Source of the DNA: Spirochaetaceae bacterium
GTDB lineage: Bacteria; Spirochaetota; Spirochaetia; DSM-27196; SKKC01
Assembly (NCBI GenBank): GCA_007128315.1
Contig: SKXQ01000020.1
Span: 1,421-65,420 of the forward strand
DNA length: 64,000 nt
Direction: 5' to 3'
The translations under genes and the position numbers were made by a program. The notes beneath the pieces were generated by a model that did not search any database, had not been told where the DNA came from, and worked only from the letters and a program-made list of their open reading frames with translations. This document shows, one piece after another, positions 37,856-46,939 of the stretch. Position 1 is the stretch's first letter, and every line of letters begins with the position of its first letter.

Positions 37856-38881
37856 ATGGAAGGTATCAGCAACATGAAACACAGTGGCTTTCAAGGCACT
37901 CTCCTGCACAGGATCATTGCCCGACGCGAGATCACGCTGCTCGTGATCATCGTGCTGCTCGTCGCTGCCGTTGGAATCAGGGCTCCCCGCTTCCTGCAGC
38001 CCGGTCGACAGCTCAGCATCCTGAACGACACGATCATTCTGCTCATGCTTACCCTCGGTCAGCTCGCCGTCATACTGACTGCGGGGATCGATCTGTCGGT
38101 CGCGAGCAATCTTGCATTCACAGGCATGGCGGTCGCGATGTGGAACATGATGATGCCCGGTGTGCCGATGATAGTACTTGTAGGAGCATCGATACTGATT
38201 GGTGCGAGTCTCGGGGCCTTCAACGGTGTAATGGTCGCGGTAGGAAAAGTTCCTCCGATAATCATGACACTCGGAACAATGAGCGTCTATCGGGGTATGG
38301 TATTTCTGATCAGCGGGGGCGCGTGGGTCAGTGCACACCAGATGAGTCCCGCATTTCGGGGATTTGCACGTTTCAGTTTTCTCGGTCTCCCGAGTCTGGT
38401 CTGGATCGGCGTTCTTACGACCGGTCTTGTCTACCTGTTTCTGAACCACACGAAAGGCGGTCGGGAGCTGTACGCCGTCGGAGACAACGAAACCGCTGCA
38501 GGCTTCGTCGGCGTCAGCGCGACCAGGGCAAAGATCAAGGCCTTCGTGCTCAGCGGGGCAATCGCCGGATTGACCGGTCTCCTGTGGGTCAGCCGATACG
38601 CTTCAGCACAGAACGACACGGCCATAGGGTTCGAACTCGAAACGGTCGCAGCGGCGGTTATCGGTGGCGTGTCCATCATGGGTGGGTCCGGATCGGTTCC
38701 CGGTGTCGTGCTTGGTGCGGTGTTTCTTGGTATCGTCAAGAACGCGCTGACCGTGATTGGAGTCTCACCGTTCTGGCAGATGGCCATACAGGGCGGTGTG
38801 ATCCTCATCGCGATCGTGGCGAATACCCTTATGGACCGGAGAAACCAGGCTAGACTCAGTATGAACGGAGTATCGGCATGA
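37856..38881 (+). CDS. Sugar ABC transporter permease (RhaP/LsrC-like)
   Basis: 341 aa polytopic. AGIDLSVAS and TLGTMSVYRG motifs of the ribose/AI-2 permease family. Confidence 0.85.
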   Translation: MEGISNMKHSGFQGTLLHRIIARREITLLVIIVLLVAAVGIRAPRFLQPGRQLSILNDTIILLMLTLGQLAVILTAGIDLSVASNLAFTGMAVAMWNMMMPGVPMIVLVGASILIGASLGAFNGVMVAVGKVPPIIMTLGTMSVYRGMVFLISGGAWVSAHQMSPAFRGFARFSFLGLPSLVWIGVLTTGLVYLFLNHTKGGRELYAVGDNETAAGFVGVSATRAKIKAFVLSGAIAGLTGLLWVSRYASAQNDTAIGFELETVAAAVIGGVSIMGGSGSVPGVVLGAVFLGIVKNALTVIGVSPFWQMAIQGGVILIAIVANTLMDRRNQARLSMNGVSA

Positions 38882-39900
38882 GCGTATCCCAGCGACTGGT
38901 AAAGACCTTTGTCCGGTGGGAAGCAGTCCTCGTCGTACTGCTTGTCGGAGTATTCATTCTGAATACTTCGCTTTCGCCGTTCTTCCTGAGACGGGTCAAT
39001 CTGCTGAACGCAACGTACAACTTCATGGAGCGGGCCATCATGGCTCTTCCAATGATGCTGATCATCATTGTCGGAGAGATTGATATCTCCGTAGCAGGCA
39101 CGATCGCCCTCAGCAGCACCATGATGGGGCTGGCCATGCAGGCCGGTGCAAGCATACCCGTCATGGTGATGGTGGCGCTCGGAACGGGACTTCTTGCGGG
39201 CATGCTGAACGCGGTGATCGTATTGAGGTTCCGGGTACCGTCCATCGCCGTCACGATAGGGACAATGTCGCTGTACCGCGGCATCGCCTACGTGATACTT
39301 GGAAATCAGGCGATCACCGGCTATCCGCGCGAGCTCGCCGCGGTTGGCCAGGGTGTCGTTGGTAACACGATGTTTCCCGTTCCTCTTGCGATTTTTATCG
39401 TACTGGCCGTGGTCTTCGGCGTGGTTCTGCACAGAAGCCGGCTTGGTCGGTGTTTCTATGCGATCGGGAACAACGCTACGGCGGCGAGGTTCTCCGGTTT
39501 GCCGGTTGACCGCTATAAGGCCGCACTGTTCTCGCTCAACGGGCTCGTTGCGGGTTTTGCGGCAGTGCTTCTTACCTCACGAATACTCAGTACGCGACCG
39601 AACATCGCTACAGCCTGGGAACTCGAGGTCGTGACGCTGGTCGTGCTCGGCGGCGTCGCCATTACCGGTGGCAAGGGAAGCATTTACGGCGTGCTTCTGT
39701 CGGTATTTACAATTGGGTATCTTCGTTTCGGTCTGTCACTAATCAACGTACCGAGTCAGGTCATCGGCATTATTACAGGGCTCCTGCTCGTCGGTGCGAT
39801 AATTCTTCCGGGGCTGTTTGAGAAGCTCTCGAACCGGATGATCATCGATCGACAACTGATTCCTGAGATTGACAGCGAAGCCACCGCTACTGATGCTTGA
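38878..39900 (+). CDS. Sugar ABC transporter permease (RhaQ/LsrD-like)
   Basis: 340 aa polytopic. GEIDISVAG and TIGTMSLYRG. ATGA overlap with the preceding permease gene. Confidence 0.85.
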   Translation: MSVSQRLVKTFVRWEAVLVVLLVGVFILNTSLSPFFLRRVNLLNATYNFMERAIMALPMMLIIIVGEIDISVAGTIALSSTMMGLAMQAGASIPVMVMVALGTGLLAGMLNAVIVLRFRVPSIAVTIGTMSLYRGIAYVILGNQAITGYPRELAAVGQGVVGNTMFPVPLAIFIVLAVVFGVVLHRSRLGRCFYAIGNNATAARFSGLPVDRYKAALFSLNGLVAGFAAVLLTSRILSTRPNIATAWELEVVTLVVLGGVAITGGKGSIYGVLLSVFTIGYLRFGLSLINVPSQVIGIITGLLLVGAIILPGLFEKLSNRMIIDRQLIPEIDSEATATDA

Positions 39901-40948
39901 GGGATAGCCTTCGTCCGAGGACCACGACGCCCAGCGCCAGAATCACACTCATTACAAGGACGACAGCCACAGAACCGATGACGTCAGGAAAACCCGCGTT
40001 GTTCGCCATGATCTGCCAGAGCGGATCGATAGCCCAGTAGGTAGGAAACAGCGAGGCGATCCATCGGGGCCAGTCAGGAAAGAGATAGAAGACAACGGGC
40101 GCCATGAGGATCGCTCCGGCGGCTTTTACGATCGCGAAAAGTGCCTGAGAGTTTCCTGCGAGCAGACCGACGATGATTCCGAGCAGCCCCCAGAATACGG
40201 ACGTGAGAACTATGACGAGTAGCATGGCCGCCGGGTTGGCGCCCAGCGCGTTGTTCATCCACAGAGTTGCCAGCGTCATGACGATGGTAAGCACCATCCC
40301 GAAGATCAGCTTCGCAGCGAGTACGTCTCCCAGAGAGGCCGGGGTAACTGTCACCGCGGTGAGCGTTCCGCGTTCCCGCTCGTCGACAAGGCTTGCCGCC
40401 GGTACGAACATGCCTGCAATCAGAAATGCATACATTGCGACGACGGGAACGAATCGTGTTGCAAGTGAAACATCGTCGTCGGATCCGAGATTGATTACTT
40501 CAGTACTGATAGGCGATTCCGTGCCTGCGATTGATCGGATTGCGTCGATACTGCTTACGGTCACGACAAGTCTGTTGACTGCATAGCTTTCGCCGCTTAT
40601 GTAGAGCTGCAGTGGCGGTCTTGAGCCCGCGCGGACCTCATCGTCGAAGTCCGCCGGCAGTATAAGGCCGGCGTCGATGCGTCCCGAACGTACGACATCG
40701 AGCAGTTCGTTCCCGCTCTCAAACCTGTGCAGCTGAACCGATCCGGAGGCTTTGAGCTCGACGATGACGTCTGATGCTCCAGAGTCCACATAACCGAGGT
40801 CGGGAGGACTTTCGAACAGGGTTCCAAAAACGAGTTGCAGAATGAGTGTCAACATGATCGGAAGTACGATCGCAAACAGGACGATCGGCGACCGGGGTCC
40901 GACAGAAAGATCCTTCTTCAGGATGCAGAGGACAGTGCGTGCTCTCAT
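39887..40948 (-). CDS. ABC-2 type transporter permease
   Basis: Start at MRARTVLCILKKDLSVGPRSP (ATGA overlap with the upstream gene). N-terminal TM, large extracytoplasmic domain, five C-terminal TM segments. Confidence 0.75.
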   Translation of the reverse strand: MRARTVLCILKKDLSVGPRSPIVLFAIVLPIMLTLILQLVFGTLFESPPDLGYVDSGASDVIVELKASGSVQLHRFESGNELLDVVRSGRIDAGLILPADFDDEVRAGSRPPLQLYISGESYAVNRLVVTVSSIDAIRSIAGTESPISTEVINLGSDDDVSLATRFVPVVAMYAFLIAGMFVPAASLVDERERGTLTAVTVTPASLGDVLAAKLIFGMVLTIVMTLATLWMNNALGANPAAMLLVIVLTSVFWGLLGIIVGLLAGNSQALFAIVKAAGAILMAPVVFYLFPDWPRWIASLFPTYWAIDPLWQIMANNAGFPDVIGSVAVVLVMSVILALGVVVLGRRLSLKHQ

Positions 40949-42099
40949 AGCGATCGTACCTTCTTTGTGAGGACCACGAGACCAAGTCCGAATATGACTG
41001 TCACCCACGCGAGGGAGGTAAGCAGAGGAATTGTCAGATCCGACAATCCCGAACCAGACGAGGTAACTTCGGTAAGAATGTTCATGATGCCGTAGCTCGG
41101 CACATAGCGAACCCAGGCTGCTCCGACGCCGGGCATAAGAACGGAGAATGCCGGAATCGCGAGCGGAATAACGAGAGCAACGGTGAAAAACAGGTTTTCG
41201 ATAAAGTCTCTTCCCGCCGAACCCACAAGCATTGCGATACCGGTGAACATGCCCGCTCCGAGCAGAGACGCCAGTACAAGGACGAACCAGTTGTCTGCCG
41301 TGAACGAGACGGTGGCCGCAAGCAGAATGATCGCCTGCAGGCTTGCCAGGCCTATGCCGTGTATGGCCTTGGCCGCGAGCAGATGTGAAAGCTTTGCGGG
41401 AGTTGCGATAACGGCCAGTACCGTGCGTTGTGAAATCTCGGCAGCGATGAGCGATGCCAGTGCAAAGGTTTCCATCATAAGAACGAAGTAGACGAGCATG
41501 GGGCGCATGCGTTCACGCATGGATATCTGCCTGCCGAGGCGGTCGGTTCCGAGGATGATCTCGTCTTCGGCGGGTTCTGCCACAGGAAGCGGAGCGCCGG
41601 CAAACGCAAGAGCGATCTCACGGATCATGCTTTCCATGGCGCTCCGAATCTCCCGCGGCGTATTGCTGTTCACGTATATCTGCGCGTGCGGCTGTTCCGA
41701 GGAAACCGGCGCGTCGGGAAAAGCAATACCGATGACTGGTGATACGCGACGTGCGTTCTCCGGTGGACGTTCTCCCGCCGATCGATCCCGGAGGATTGTG
41801 CGTCCGTGTTCCCCCGTCCACACCTCAAGGTCCCCGGCTATGACCCGTCGCAGATCGTCCCGTTCGGCAAAGCGCACGATCTCCAGGCCGTCTTCGTTAC
41901 CGGCCTCGTCAAGCGCCAGTATAAGAAGCGGGTTTTCGCCGGGGTAGATGCCAACCGTCGTCTGCTCCTGTACGGTGTCGGGTATGAGCCAGAACACCAC
42001 AGCGAACAGCACGAGGCCGACTACCGACAGAACCATGTAGATTTTTTCGCGCGAGAACTCGATCAGGTCTTTTTTGAGAATGGCCAGAATGAATCGCAT
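40945..42099 (-). CDS. ABC-2 type transporter permease
   Basis: MRFILAILKKDLIEFSREK. Same architecture as its paralogous neighbour. Confidence 0.75.
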   Translation of the reverse strand: MRFILAILKKDLIEFSREKIYMVLSVVGLVLFAVVFWLIPDTVQEQTTVGIYPGENPLLILALDEAGNEDGLEIVRFAERDDLRRVIAGDLEVWTGEHGRTILRDRSAGERPPENARRVSPVIGIAFPDAPVSSEQPHAQIYVNSNTPREIRSAMESMIREIALAFAGAPLPVAEPAEDEIILGTDRLGRQISMRERMRPMLVYFVLMMETFALASLIAAEISQRTVLAVIATPAKLSHLLAAKAIHGIGLASLQAIILLAATVSFTADNWFVLVLASLLGAGMFTGIAMLVGSAGRDFIENLFFTVALVIPLAIPAFSVLMPGVGAAWVRYVPSYGIMNILTEVTSSGSGLSDLTIPLLTSLAWVTVIFGLGLVVLTKKVRSL

Positions 42100-42974
42100 T
42101 ACTCCAGCCCTCTACCAGTTACCTCGACGAAAATGTCTTCCAGCGTTGCTTCTTCGCTGTGTATGGTCATGACCGTCCCGGAAGAGGTCGCTTCGGCCAG
42201 TTTCTGGCTGAACGTATCCGTATCGAGCTCAAGTCGCAGTTCTTCGACTTCCGAGCCGGGAACTCGTCGTCGAACAACGACCGACCGCGATCCGTGTTGG
42301 AGTTTGAGATTTTCGGGTGTATCAATCGCATGGAACCTGCCCTCGGTAATGAATGCAACCCGATCAGACAGCTCATCCGCCTCGTACATGTCGTGAGTCG
42401 TGAGCACGACAGCGGTGCCTTCCTGTGCTTTTTCGCGAATGATGGTTCTGATAGCACGGGCCGAAACGGGGTCAAGTCCGTCGGTCGGTTCGTCGAGAAA
42501 CAGGACGTCGGGATCGTTGATCAAAGCGCGAGCCATCATGAGGCGTTGTCGCATTCCTTTGGAATACGTGCTGACACGGTCACGTGAGCGTGAGGCAAGA
42601 TTCACCCGCTCAAGCAGCCCCCTGATGTCGGGTCTTCTGATCCCGAAGAGTGATGCAAAAAAACGGAGGTTCTCCTCTGCAGACATCTGCAGATAGAGAT
42701 TCTTTTCCTCGAAACAGACTCCGATGCGCTGATGCACCTCTGCGGAGTGTCCGTGAACGGCCATTCCAAGAATGCTGATCGTACCGGATCGGGGTATGAG
42801 CTGCCCTGTGAGCATCTTGATTGTGGTCGACTTGCCTGCACCGTTTGGCCCGAGAAAGCCAAAGATTTCGCCGCGGTCGACCGAAAACGAAATTCCACGT
42901 ACGGCTTTCGTGCTGCCATAGGCGTACTCGATGTTGCCGACCTGTATTGCCTTTGCATCCTGTAATTGACTCAT
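42099..42974 (-). CDS. ABC transporter ATP-binding protein (ABC-2/DrrA-like)
   Basis: Walker A GPNGAGKST, signature YSKGMRQR, Walker B LFLDEPTDGLD. Confidence 0.9.
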   Translation of the reverse strand: MSQLQDAKAIQVGNIEYAYGSTKAVRGISFSVDRGEIFGFLGPNGAGKSTTIKMLTGQLIPRSGTISILGMAVHGHSAEVHQRIGVCFEEKNLYLQMSAEENLRFFASLFGIRRPDIRGLLERVNLASRSRDRVSTYSKGMRQRLMMARALINDPDVLFLDEPTDGLDPVSARAIRTIIREKAQEGTAVVLTTHDMYEADELSDRVAFITEGRFHAIDTPENLKLQHGSRSVVVRRRVPGSEVEELRLELDTDTFSQKLAEATSSGTVMTIHSEEATLEDIFVEVTGRGLE

Positions 42975-42983
42975 GCGCTCCTC

Positions 42984-43007
42984 AATGTACTATAACAGTA
43001 GTACATT
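42984..43007. promoter_or_regulatory. Perfect 9-bp inverted repeat AATGTACTA-N6-TAGTACATT immediately upstream of the ABC-2 operon
   Basis: Read directly. Begins 10 nt upstream of the ATPase start codon (42974, minus strand). AT-rich, so more operator-like than terminator-like. Confidence 0.4.
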
Positions 43008-43035
43008 GTTACTATTACCCGGGATGGAGCGTTCG

Positions 43036-44319
43036 TCAAGACTTTTTCAGGGCATCCGCGATGGCCGAAATCTCCGATCCGCTCGGTTCCTGATAGACAC
43101 GAAGGTCGAATTCGGGAATAACAGCCAGAAGGTGGTCGAAAATATCGGCCTGTATGCCTTCGTAGAAGGCCCATCGCTGGTCGGCACTAAACACGAATAT
43201 CTCAATCGGTATACCCGTAGGTCCCGGTTGAAGCTGGCGGACAAGAAAGGTCATGTCTTTCCGGATCTGCGGGTGTTCAGTCAGGTACTCGGTGACGTAC
43301 TGCCTGAATACACCGAGGTTGGTCAGTCTGCGTCCGCTCACGGTATCGCTGAGATCGATTTCGTGCTCCCTGTTATAGGCTTCGATCTCGGCCACGCGAC
43401 GTTCCAGGTACGGCCGAATACGCCGGTAACGTCGAAAAGTCTGCAGCTGCTCATCGCCGATGAACCGGATCGAATGCATATCAATATTGATCGAACGCTT
43501 AATACGCCTGCCACCGCTCTCGGCCATGCCGCGCCAGTTACGGAAGCTGTCCGATACAAGGGCGTACACCGGTATTGTCGTGATCGTTTTGTCCCAGTTC
43601 TGAACCTTGATCGTCTGAAGCGTGATGTCGATGACATCCCCGTCGGCGTCGTACTTGGGCATCTCGATCCAGTCGCCGATCTGCACCATTTTGTTGGCGG
43701 CGAGTTGAACCCCTGAGACAAAGCCGAGAATTGAGTCACGAAATACGAGCATGAGGACTGCGCTCAGGGCACCAAGACCGCTGAGGACACCGAGCGGCGA
43801 CTGATCGAGGATTGTTGTAAGGGCGAGAATGCCGGCGACGACAAAGACCGCAACTTTTGCGAGTTGGAGGAAGCTCTTGATTGAACGTTTGGCAGCTGCT
43901 TCTGTCTGCTGATACTCGTCGTGAAGAACGTCCAGGATGGAGTCGAAAGTCGCTGCCGATACGAGAATGATCCACACCGCAGACAGTCGCTGAACCGCCT
44001 CCATGACCCACGGAAGTTCGGGAGCCAGAAGCGGAGCACTCGCGTAGAAGAGCAGGGCGGGTGCAATGCGGGAGAGGCGGAGCAGTGTGCCTCGTTCAGC
44101 AAGTCGGTTGTCCCAGGTAACCCTGGTTTTCATGAAGACACGATGAAGCACCCGGGTAATAACGGTACGGAGTATCGCATTGGCAATGACCGCAATGAGC
44201 AGGACAACGCCCACAAGAAGCAGTCGCTGGACCGTCGTCGCGAGACCGGGCGACATTCCCCAACGCTCGAGTATCCCGGCGATAAGTAACAGGTCGGTAA
44301 ACGACGATGTCGAGTTCAC
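43036..44319 (-). CDS. Mechanosensitive ion channel family protein (MscS-like)
   Basis: 427 aa with N-terminal TM helices. GDWIEMPKYDADGDVIDITLQTIKVQNWDKTITTIPVYALVSDSFRNW beta-domain signature. Confidence 0.85.
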   Translation of the reverse strand: MNSTSSFTDLLLIAGILERWGMSPGLATTVQRLLLVGVVLLIAVIANAILRTVITRVLHRVFMKTRVTWDNRLAERGTLLRLSRIAPALLFYASAPLLAPELPWVMEAVQRLSAVWIILVSAATFDSILDVLHDEYQQTEAAAKRSIKSFLQLAKVAVFVVAGILALTTILDQSPLGVLSGLGALSAVLMLVFRDSILGFVSGVQLAANKMVQIGDWIEMPKYDADGDVIDITLQTIKVQNWDKTITTIPVYALVSDSFRNWRGMAESGGRRIKRSINIDMHSIRFIGDEQLQTFRRYRRIRPYLERRVAEIEAYNREHEIDLSDTVSGRRLTNLGVFRQYVTEYLTEHPQIRKDMTFLVRQLQPGPTGIPIEIFVFSADQRWAFYEGIQADIFDHLLAVIPEFDLRVYQEPSGSEISAIADALKKS

Positions 44320-44454
44320 GGCGGCCCTCCGTGAAGCGAGTGTATACTATGTCGGCATCGCTGGAAAACGCGGAAAATGGTGTTCTGCTTCGACGGAGGA
44401 GTGGGCAACGCAGGCATGATACAGCATGCTGATCTCGTTCAGATATGCCGCCTT

Positions 44455-45498
44455 TCACTGGAATGCCCGCGAGACTTTGAACGAGAGGACAAGTGTTGAG
44501 ATTAGCACCATGAACAGCATTCGGCGACTCGGTGATTTCCTGAAGGTTCCGTAATCGAGCGCCGCAGCGTCGATGTCCTCCACGTCTTCGCCGCTGAGTT
44601 TGACCCGTTGCGAATCCCGCGAATTCCGCAGCTGGGATGCTGTGCGGGTACCCATGAGCGGAAACACGCCCTTTGCCCGGGACCACTGTATACACGCCTG
44701 CGCCATGGTGATCTGGTGCTTCGTAGCGATGCGATAAATACGGCGTCTCAACTCGCGTATGTCGTCGAAATGCATTCCGTTAATCCGGGCCAGCCGTATC
44801 GACGCGAGACCGGCGGGGGTGAGTCCATCGCGAAGAAGCCCCTGGCCTATGGTGCTGAAGCCGACGACCGGAATTCCATGTTCGCGACATACTTCAAGGA
44901 TTCGTCGGACTTCCGTGCCGCCGTACACTAGTGGACTGAACTGAATCTGACACGAGCTGATCGGCACGCCTGCTTCACCCGCAACCCGAACGGCGTCCTG
45001 AATCTGTGACGCGTTGAAGTTTGATACGCCGATTTCCTGTACGACTCCGGCGCGCACTGCTCGAACAGCGCCGCGGATCCAGGTGTCCGGACTTAGCACG
45101 TGCGTAGGGGAGTGGATGTAGAGCAGGTGAATCGAGCCTGCGCCCATCCGTTCAGCCGAGCGACGGGCAGCGCGTACGACCGATTGCGGTGTCCACCGGA
45201 GTACTGTGGGCAGATACTTCGTCGCAACATAGAACGATCCGTCAGCAAACCCACACCTTCGAATACGCCGCTCGCAACTTCCTCCACCGTAGCCTTCAGC
45301 CGTATCTATGAAGCGGATGTTCGAGGCGATTGCCTGTATCCGCAGGTCCTTCAGTTCGGCATCGGAGAGCACCCGGTCATTCATGAACCGGTCCAGGGGT
45401 GTGTCGCCCCAGAGCATGGTGCCCAGCCCCAGGCCCGTGTCGGCCTGCTCCACGCGACCGGGCTGCTCGTTCAAACGCCGTGTTCTGACGAGTTGCAT
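44455..45498 (-). CDS. Aldo/keto reductase with hydrophobic C-terminal tail
   Basis: Start at MQLVRTRRLNEQPG. LGLGTMLWG, IRFIDTAEGYGGG, IGVSNF. C-terminus MLFMVLISTLVLSF is hydrophobic. The longer ORF to 45723 overlaps the upstream gene and was rejected. Confidence 0.75.
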   Translation of the reverse strand: MQLVRTRRLNEQPGRVEQADTGLGLGTMLWGDTPLDRFMNDRVLSDAELKDLRIQAIASNIRFIDTAEGYGGGSCERRIRRCGFADGSFYVATKYLPTVLRWTPQSVVRAARRSAERMGAGSIHLLYIHSPTHVLSPDTWIRGAVRAVRAGVVQEIGVSNFNASQIQDAVRVAGEAGVPISSCQIQFSPLVYGGTEVRRILEVCREHGIPVVGFSTIGQGLLRDGLTPAGLASIRLARINGMHFDDIRELRRRIYRIATKHQITMAQACIQWSRAKGVFPLMGTRTASQLRNSRDSQRVKLSGEDVEDIDAAALDYGTFRKSPSRRMLFMVLISTLVLSFKVSRAFQ

Positions 45499-46157
45499 GG
45501 TCTGTGTCGGGCACCACGAACGACAGAGTACAGCTTCCATACGACGAGAATGCTGTACACGACCAGCCACAGGGAAAACAGATAATAAACGGTGTATCGA
45601 CCCGTCGCCGGCTCCGTACCGAGGTTTGTCGAATGAATAAAACCCAGCGGGAATACGATGTAGCCAGTGAGGTGTATCCGTCTCCATACCGTACGACTGA
45701 GCTTCAGTGGCTTGTAGAACCATGCCGCGACCACACCCGCTGTCAGCAGCAGTAAGGCGAGCATACCGAGAACACGGTAGACGTCGAACAGGAGACGTCC
45801 CGCAAATATCATATCCTGGGTCATTATGAGCAGGCCGTGAAGCATGATCAGAACGAAGCTGATCTTACCTAGTGTTCTATGCCGCTTGAGATTCGTGGCG
45901 CGGTTGAACACCTGTTCAACGACCGGGTTCCGAATGCCAAGCACGAACTGAAAAAACATGAGAAGGAAACCCACCAGCGCGAACAGGCGCGCCGGGAGGT
46001 TAATGAACATCATGACCCGGTCGGACCCATCCTGATAGAACCACCAGGCGTTCGACATCCACTCATAGACCGGCAGCGCAAGCATCACGAGCGCAATCGT
46101 ATACACGACTACAGCCGCGAACGGTTTGCCGGTTGTACTCTTCTTTGGGACACTCAT
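45471..46157 (-). CDS. Ferric-reductase-like transmembrane (di-heme b type) protein
   Basis: Start at MSVPKKSTTGKPF. Six hydrophobic segments. Two His pairs in adjacent helices (HRTLGKISFVLIMLH, spacing 14; HLTGYIVFPLGFIH, spacing 13), as in FRD/MsrQ-type domains. Confidence 0.65.
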   Translation of the reverse strand: MSVPKKSTTGKPFAAVVVYTIALVMLALPVYEWMSNAWWFYQDGSDRVMMFINLPARLFALVGFLLMFFQFVLGIRNPVVEQVFNRATNLKRHRTLGKISFVLIMLHGLLIMTQDMIFAGRLLFDVYRVLGMLALLLLTAGVVAAWFYKPLKLSRTVWRRIHLTGYIVFPLGFIHSTNLGTEPATGRYTVYYLFSLWLVVYSILVVWKLYSVVRGARHRPCNSSEHGV

Positions 46158-46161
46158 GCAG

Positions 46162-46767
46162 TTATCCTTCGAATGGGACCACACCACGTGAAACGATCTC
46201 CCCAACCGGAGGCAGGAAATCGGGTGCGCGACCGGGAAGGTTGCCGGTTGGCAGTGCAGGGAAGACATTCGGGTCGCCGACGACTATTCGACCGACATGA
46301 CCCTGTGCTTCGTGAAGCGTGCAGAGATAGTCGTATACGCCTTCCACCGTCAGTGTTATTTCAAACTCCGTGTTCCGGCCGGAGAGTACGCCGCTGTCCC
46401 ACGGTTCTGCGTTGTCCGGAATGCGCTGCGACTTGTTCCGGTTGTTCGGGTGATACGCGGTCGCGGTGTGAGTTCCGGTGCGGTTTACGAAGCGTATTGT
46501 TGTTCCAGGCTCAACGTGAACACCGATCGGGTCATTGTACTGGGCGCCTCCACGGGTGAACATTTCGATCACCACGACACCGTCGTCTTCTGCTTCTCCT
46601 TCGGTGTCGGTCTCGGCGAAGGCTTGTCCGGAGCTCTCATGTACCGAGGACTCTGTTGACCCCGGATCCGGTGCAGCCGACTCCGAAACGTCTCCACATG
46701 CAGCGACGAACAGGATCAGGAGAATCGTACCCGACAGGACCATAATATGTCTGTGTATGTGTTTCAT
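46162..46767 (-). CDS. Lipoprotein cupredoxin (plastocyanin/azurin-family) with atypical C-terminal ligand loop
   Basis: Start at MKHIHRHIMVLSGTILLILFVAAC (lipobox). Acidic linker. GTHTATAYH and YDYLCTLHEAQGHVGRIVVG align to the plastocyanin loop C-x2-H-x4-M, with His in the Met position. Confidence 0.7.
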   Translation of the reverse strand: MKHIHRHIMVLSGTILLILFVAACGDVSESAAPDPGSTESSVHESSGQAFAETDTEGEAEDDGVVVIEMFTRGGAQYNDPIGVHVEPGTTIRFVNRTGTHTATAYHPNNRNKSQRIPDNAEPWDSGVLSGRNTEFEITLTVEGVYDYLCTLHEAQGHVGRIVVGDPNVFPALPTGNLPGRAPDFLPPVGEIVSRGVVPFEG

Positions 46768-46804
46768 AACATGGTCACAGTAAGGCTGTCTTGAACAGTC
46801 TGCA

Positions 46805-46818
46805 TTGAGGCTGGTCAA
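46805..46818. promoter_or_regulatory. FNR/CRP-type box, one mismatch (TTGAG-N4-GTCAA)
   Basis: ttgag gctg gtcaa, centred about 44 bp upstream of the cupredoxin ATG at 46767 (minus strand). Confidence 0.45.
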
Positions 46819-46861
46819 TTTTTTGCTGTTTTAAGCGAAATTTATCCGCTTTCTGAGGCAA

Positions 46862-46879
46862 AATTGACCCAGGTCAATT
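46862..46879. promoter_or_regulatory. FNR/CRP-type box, perfect palindrome AATTGAC-N4-GTCAATT
   Basis: aattgac ccag gtcaatt, centred about 70 bp upstream of the NirK-like ATG at 46940. Confidence 0.6.
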
Positions 46880-46939
46880 GCTGTGCAGGTAATGGCGCGT
46901 ACCCTGAACTCACATTCTGCGGTACGGAGGGTACGATAC

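Noticed and set aside
44320-44454. CAGCATGCTG palindrome and surrounding sequence between the AKR stop and the MscS start, considered as a terminator or operator
   Set aside because: It is a short 10-bp self-complementary word with no flanking stem extension or T-tract. This is insufficient to call.
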